DNA of 64,000 nucleotides, from positions 44,605,839 to 44,669,838 of the forward strand of contig OZ024756.1 of NCBI GenBank assembly GCA_964016885.1, read 5' to 3'. This stretch comes from Eledone cirrhosa. Its lineage: Eukaryota. Shown here in pieces: positions 57,801 through 64,000 of the stretch. Each line of letters begins with the position of its first letter. Position 1 is the stretch's first letter. Under the pieces are notes generated by a model. It had not been told where the DNA came from. It searched no databases and was given only the letters and a program-made list of their open reading frames with translations. Position numbers and translations under genes: made by a program.

Positions 57801-58573
57801 TATATAGAGGAAGAATCGACATAAATACTTGACGGGTACTTTTTTATCGACCTTGAAAGGGTGAAACGGTGAAAGGCAAAATTGACCTCGGCGGGAGATC
57901 AGAACAGAGAGCAGAGAGCGGAAATATCGCAAAGCATTCTATCCGATGTTCTAACAAGGCTGCCAATTCGCCGCCTTTATATACACATCCACACACATAC
58001 AATTGGTTACACAAATCGGACGTTATCCGCCATCTAGTGAAAATCATAGCAACGGAGTTTTTAGATTTCACGTAATGAAATATTTTGCACACACACACAC
58101 ACACACACATAAGTAGAAACAAAGATATAAACACACGCATGCGCATAAACACTCATAAGTTCTTAATTCTTACAGATACAGTCAATCATATATAATCTTT
58201 AACCACCATCCTTTTAAAGGCATTACAATAGAGTGTGTATGTTTATATAGAGAAATATTTAACACATATACTTATATATACGTATATACAAACTTGCACA
58301 ACACACACACATAGAAATATGTATGTGTTTGTATTTATGTGTGTATGTATATGTATGTACAGACAGACAATGAAATAGACAAACCGGTCTTTATTTGCAG
58401 TTATTTGAATCATAGCAGTGATTTGTGTAAATTTACGTAAATGAAAAGTTTAACACACACACACATATATGCACATATCATAGCCTCTTATATTCACTTA
58501 CACACAGTCAGCCATCTTGTAGTTTGGAAATGGTGTGAGCATATTTATATAGTGTAATATTAATTTCATACAT

Positions 58574-60303
58574 AACACGTATACATTTAAATCAGGACAA
58601 AATTTTACTGTAAAAAATCATTTCACTTGCTCATCAAAAAATCTAAAGGATGCAATGAAGATTATATAGGACAAACTAAACTCATACTCAGAAACAGAAT
58701 GACAGTTCATCGCCAACAATTACGAGATCCAACCACGAGACAGATACCACTAAGCGCACATCTAGACATATGCGCAAGTAATAAGACACCCAAATTCCAA
58801 GTCTTCCCATTTTACCTTTGCGCTAACAATACAACAGAACAAATACGAATAAATAAGGAAAATATGTTTATTCAAAAATATAGACCAGCATTAAATATGG
58901 TTTAATATGCATTATGTCAACACCATAACATGCTAACCACCCAAACAGACACATACACAGACACATACACACACACATAACACCTTCTACTTTAGAAAAT
59001 AAAAATCTGAACTAAATAAACCTTAACATACGTTTGCACTGACAATACAACATAACAAAGTAAGGAAAATATGTTCATTCAAAAATATTCCTACTAAAGG
59101 AATCATTTTCCTACACACACACACAATATATATATATATTCTCTTCATCTTAACATGCTAACCATACTCCCACACACATAACACCCATACACACACATAA
59201 CAACCTACACCCCCACACACACAACTCCCTCCCCCATTTCTACTAATAGAATCATCTTCCAACACACACACACACACACATACACATCTTTACTTCAATA
59301 GAAAATCTGAATTCTGACACCCCAGCGAACTAACCATATTCACTGAACCAGAACAATTCTCCCATCCCATTTCTCTTGACCATTATATTTTGCGTGTTAT
59401 AAAATTCTCTAAAAAGGCTACAGAATAGATTTCCAAATAAGGGCGCGAAAATTTAATGAAAACTTGTTCACGTGACAGCCATAATTTCATTTTTAACCAA
59501 TCAAATTACGCTTATTAAAAAAAGCCTTCGTGAGCCTCCTTTTATAAAGTAAAAAGAAATTCAAACACACACACACAATACACAACAAACACACACAAGC
59601 ACACAAATAAACATACATATCTTTACTTTCTTTATTCAAAAGAAAATCTGAATTTGACACCCCAACGAACTAACCATATTCACTGAACCAGAACAATTCT
59701 CCCATCCAATTTCTCTTGACCATTATCTTTTGCTTGTCATAAAATTCTCTAAAAAGGCTACAGAATAGATTTCCAAATAAGGGCGCGAAAATTTAATGAA
59801 AACTTGTTCACGTGACAGCCATAATTTCACTTATAACCAATCAAATTACGTTTATTTAAAAAAAGCCTTCGTGAGCCCCCTTTTTTTAAGTAAAAAGAAA
59901 TTCAAACACTCATATATGAAAAAAAACAACCTGTGACACCCCCTCCCCCTTTGTTTAAAGAACTTTGTAACGCGAACTGGCGCGAAATTTATTATAATTA
60001 TTGACCAACCAATCAAATTACTTCTCGAAAAACCTGGCATTTCGAGCCACTTTTTCCATATAAAACAAGTAACATTCAGAGACCAACCAGATGTGAGAAA
60101 AACCACAGACCCTCCATCTCAACTCTACTTTTGAAAAGCAGAAGAACTGCGAAACCGGTAAAGGAACCAAATAAATATATATATTTTTTTTTTAAATAAG
60201 ACTCCAGTTACATTTTCGATTTCATCTTTTTTTCTTTATACTGTCACTAGTGTAAGACACCTCGGTTATTTTTCATTTTGTAAAAAAATACTCACTTTCT
60301 AAT
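58574..60303 (+). mobile_element. Second, more 5'-truncated copy of the Penelope at 3705-6990, with an internal ~300-bp duplication
   Basis: High identity to 5402-6990; GIY-YIG remnant ORF 58627-58905; segment ~59285-59565 repeated at ~59620-59910. Confidence 0.93.
60128..60163 (+). ncRNA. HHR motif with U3-A8 core, intact stems
   Basis: CTT TTGAAAA GCAG-AAGAA-CTGC GAAA CCGG TA^AAG. Confidence 0.68.
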
Positions 60304-60408
60304 ATATATATACACACACACACACACACATGATTTCTATGATTTTCACAAGATGGTGGATAATGACGTTCAATATCTGAGACCAAATATGTGTGTGTAT
60401 GTACGTAT

Positions 60409-60506
<98 letters not shown>

Positions 60507-61915
60507 GCGTGTTGTCGGCGATAATGTGTAAAATAAGAAATATGTGGCGCGTGTGTGTGTGGCGGGGGGGGGGGGGCGTTCTGTTACGAGATGTGAAACA
60601 ACGTTGACAAACGCTTGTGTATTTTACGACTGCCGATTCAAAGTAGTAACTATTGGCAATAGTAACTATTGCAATAAATCAGATGTTTCCTATCACACTT
60701 AAATCTCATCTCAGCGGCACAACACTTGAACAACATTTTTTATAGCTGTAATCTGTTGTTTCACATGAGTACTGTAAAATGATTAGGTTATATATTTATG
60801 TAAAATTGATTGTTGTCTTGCTAGGCTCGACTCCACCAGTAGGTAGAATAATTTGGTGTTTGGGCTCCATCTATCTGACTCACTTGCTATCCTAGATATG
60901 TCTATATAGACTACATAGGGACGATGGCTTCAGTGTTTGCTTTCTTACAACTGACTGGGGTCTTTGCGACTCCTCTAAATCATTATACAACAACCACACC
61001 AAAACCACTACTACTACTACAAGATTAAAGAGTGAGGATGGCTATGTCTTAGTTTCAATCTAAAACTTTACATAATAAACAGGGAAAAAGAAAAAAACAT
61101 TAACTAATGGAAGATAGAAAGGGAGGACAGACTCTACATTCCTGTCTAGGTGATATATCTCAACTGCGCCCTGCTGTCCAATGGTGAAAGCATTGAGACG
61201 ATAACTGGCCAACATTACCGGCTGCTTCAGCCACTCCAACTTAAGAGGCTCCTTCCTCAGGTGAGATCCATTTTTCCTAATTTTGTCCAAGAAAACGGCA
61301 GTTCAAGGACCAAGGAAACAGGACTCGACGGTGATCAGTTAAGTACGGGTATTTAAATATCTAAAATTTAGTCTTCAATAATTTTATTCACACCTAGTAT
61401 AGTTAATAGGGATATCGAATCGACCCCATCGCTCGAAAGTTTCTTTATTTTTAAGATTTCGGAAAGATAAGAGGAAACAATGGCCACTTAGGGATTAAAC
61501 AGCTGTAAATAACTACCACAAATTATTTCGTCGGGCGCTCTACTGTATCTGCCAATCCAACGTGTCGACAGTGTACAAGAAATCACCTGAGAAATCGACA
61601 GTTACAATCCTGTCGCTTTTGTGACATTTCACTCTGAGATGATCAAGTCCACCTAGTCAGTCCCTCTACAACTGAACTTATAAGCTTCTTTTATGAACTC
61701 ATCTACCGACTTATTTTTTACCGATGCAGGATATCCTAGCGTCTGGAATTTCCTAGAGTCTGAATTTTACTCATGTGGAAAATAGGTTCCATGAAGTTAG
61801 GAATAATTAACAAGTTGAATTCCTGTTATGGACCTTGAAAATATATTGTAGTCAATTTTTTTTTCAGTCTAGAAGTGCTCTTAAATTATGGTTTTGGGTT
61901 AGTTTGTATTTTATA

Positions 61916-62833
61916 CTAGCAGTAAAGCCCGGCGTTGCTCGGGGTCGCTCAGTAGCTGTGTTAAAGTTACAATGTTAAGTTTCTTTCTTGGCTTAAAAAC
62001 TGTAGTGTCTACTGTGCAGACTTGCATGTGGTGTTTTTGATTAATATTCCCTCAACCAACAATATGCCTTATGAAGTTAAGAAAACATAACGATAACCCG
62101 AATGTTATAACAAAAGAGGATGCTAGGGATAGAAACTGCACTGGTTATTTATTAACAAAGATCGAAAATGTAAACACTGCAACGCAGAGAAAAAACATTA
62201 GCGTAACCAAATTATCAGTTATGTCTGTCTGCACGCCTATATCACCTCTCTGCACGACTGTCTGTCTGCACGCCTATATTCACCTCTCTGCACGACTGTC
62301 TGCCTGCACGCCTATATCACCTCTCTGCACGACTGTCTGTCTGCACGCCTATATCACCTCTCTGCACGACTATCTGTCTGCACGACTGTCTGTCTGCACG
62401 CCTAACGACGAAATATTTGCTTGTTTTACGTAGTCTTTAAATAGACTTGTTTTCAAGTAAAAATATTGTTTTAAAATGCTTTTAAATGGAAATGAAGCAA
62501 AACGGAAGCTTAGTGTTCGAACTGATGAATTTTGCAGGTCAATATTTTGCTGGCTCGACAACTGTTAAAGCAGCGTAATTTTTTACGTAAGACGCTCAAT
62601 GTAAACAGAAACAAAGGAAATAACTGATAACTTACGCTCAAAAATCGATACATTATATTCGATTTCGTCACATAGGGCGGGTCAATTTGAAAATTTTTTT
62701 TTTTTCCGATGTCTTCGCTAGGGCTCAATGTACAAGTATAGCAATTTCGGTGCAATTCCGTGAGAGATTCTAAGAGGAGATGTGTGCCAAAAATCGATAG
62801 ACAGACAGACAACCACAGTTTTATATATATAGA
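61916..62833 (-). mobile_element. Non-autonomous Helitron with internal minisatellite (62222-62400)
   Basis: Minus strand 5' A|TCTATATATATAAAACTG with (TGTC)n; 3' CCCCGAGCAACGCCGGG hairpin + CTAG|T; no TSD. Confidence 0.8.
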
Positions 62834-63196
62834 TAGATTATGCATTTTGTGACCAAGTGAAGGCTCGTTGTTTTAGCGGTTTGGACTCAAAATCCTTTGA
62901 ACAAGATATTTAATTTCATGTCGCTTCAATCCGCTCAGCAGTAAAATAGGTACGATGACCACAGGTTCCAAGTTGTATCGGCCTGTACCCTTCCTTTGGA
63001 CAATATGAGGTAGTCACATTGTATTTAAGAACACAGTGTATATTAAAAGATATAATTATGTGTGCAGTGCCTATTTTTGTATGCTGTATATATTTTTAAG
63101 TCCTGGGTTTTGGTTATGTATCTGCTTGTGTATGGGTTTATTATTATTAATATAACTAAATCGTTATACAAGTTGTTTAACCTTTCTCTTTTTTAG

Positions 63197-63342
63197 ATTG
63201 AAACTATCGGCGATGCTTACTGCGTAGCGGCGGGATTACATCGATCCAGTCCATACCATGCGCAACAGATCGCCCTGGATGTCTCTTAAGATGATGGACA
63301 CAGCTACATCACATAAGTCTCACGATGGGCAAAGCAATTGAG
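63197..63342 (+). CDS. GUCY1A: sGC alpha exon (cyclase), two apparent +1 insertions, GC donor
   Basis: TTTTAG|[26 protein letters not shown](+C)[18 protein letters not shown](+G)KAIE|GCAAGT. Confidence 0.85.
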
Positions 63343-63736
63343 GCAAGTGTCATTGTTTTAACTCGTTTTCTTGATTTGTTTATTTTAGGATTCTTCTTCA
63401 TCTTGCCGTATGACATATGCACAGTAGCTACAGAGGCCCGGTGAGCCTGACCAAGGCGTCATTTGCAGCATTATGGATTGCCTCCAGGTCGCCGGGAAAA
63501 TGTCACGGAAAAATCCTGAACAACATGCAGTTACTATTTCGTCAGCGGAATATAGTTACGACTCTTTACATTCTGTGTTCAAATCCTGTCGGAAGTTAGC
63601 TTTGCCTTTCATCCTTAGGGGTTGATAAAATAAAGTACCAGTATCACACTGAGGTCGATTTAATCGAATTACCCCTCCCTCAAATTGCCTAACGTGTGCC
63701 TAAATCAAAAAGCATTATTATTATTGTTACTTTCAG

Positions 63737-63891
63737 ATGCGGATTGGTATCCACAGTGGTTCAGTCCTAGCTGGAGTAGTTGGAACAAAGATGCCACGTT
63801 ATTGTCTGTTTGGTAACAATGTCACACTTGCTAATAAATTCGAATCAGGAAGTATAGCGAAACGTATTAATGTCAGCCCTACGTCATACGC
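63737..63891 (+). CDS. GUCY1A: sGC alpha exon (cyclase C-terminus)
   Basis: TTTCAG|[51 protein letters not shown]|GTAAGT; [12 protein letters not shown] is alpha-subunit type. Confidence 0.96.
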
Positions 63892-64000
63892 GTAAGTTGT
63901 TTCCCTTTATGTTGATGATGGGGAGGAGGATGCAGAAGAGGATTGATATAATAGGAGGAGGAAAAGAAGAAAGAATGAGATGATGATGATGAAGAGGAGG

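Noticed and set aside
63343-63350. GT donor at 63347 giving a 150-nt in-frame exon
   Set aside because: Poor donor context, and it does not remove the internal TAA at 63287

Overview
AT-rich, microsatellite-dense animal genomic DNA. The SINE and repeat landscape resembles an octopod cephalopod, which is an inference. The only host gene I can support is a soluble guanylate cyclase alpha subunit (GUCY1A-like) on the + strand, with five exons at 40.6, 46.5, 47.5, 63.2 and 63.7 kb covering PAS/HNOBA, coiled-coil and cyclase regions. The 63.2-kb exon carries two apparent +1 insertions and a GC splice donor. The rest is probably intron, filled with Penelope-like elements (PLEs), a tandem train of (TAA)n-targeting R4/Dong retrotransposons, a near-intact RTE LINE, CR1 and RTE fragments, non-autonomous Helitrons, many tRNA-derived SINEs and G-rich minisatellites. 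The main hidden signal is more than ten hammerhead ribozyme (HHR) motifs in several repeat families, including a compensatory U3-A8 core variant and a CCGANGA (U4C) family. One PLE tail copy begins at the predicted self-cleavage site, and several fold-back palindromes turn around inside HHR cores. All ribozyme calls were folded by eye and are untested.
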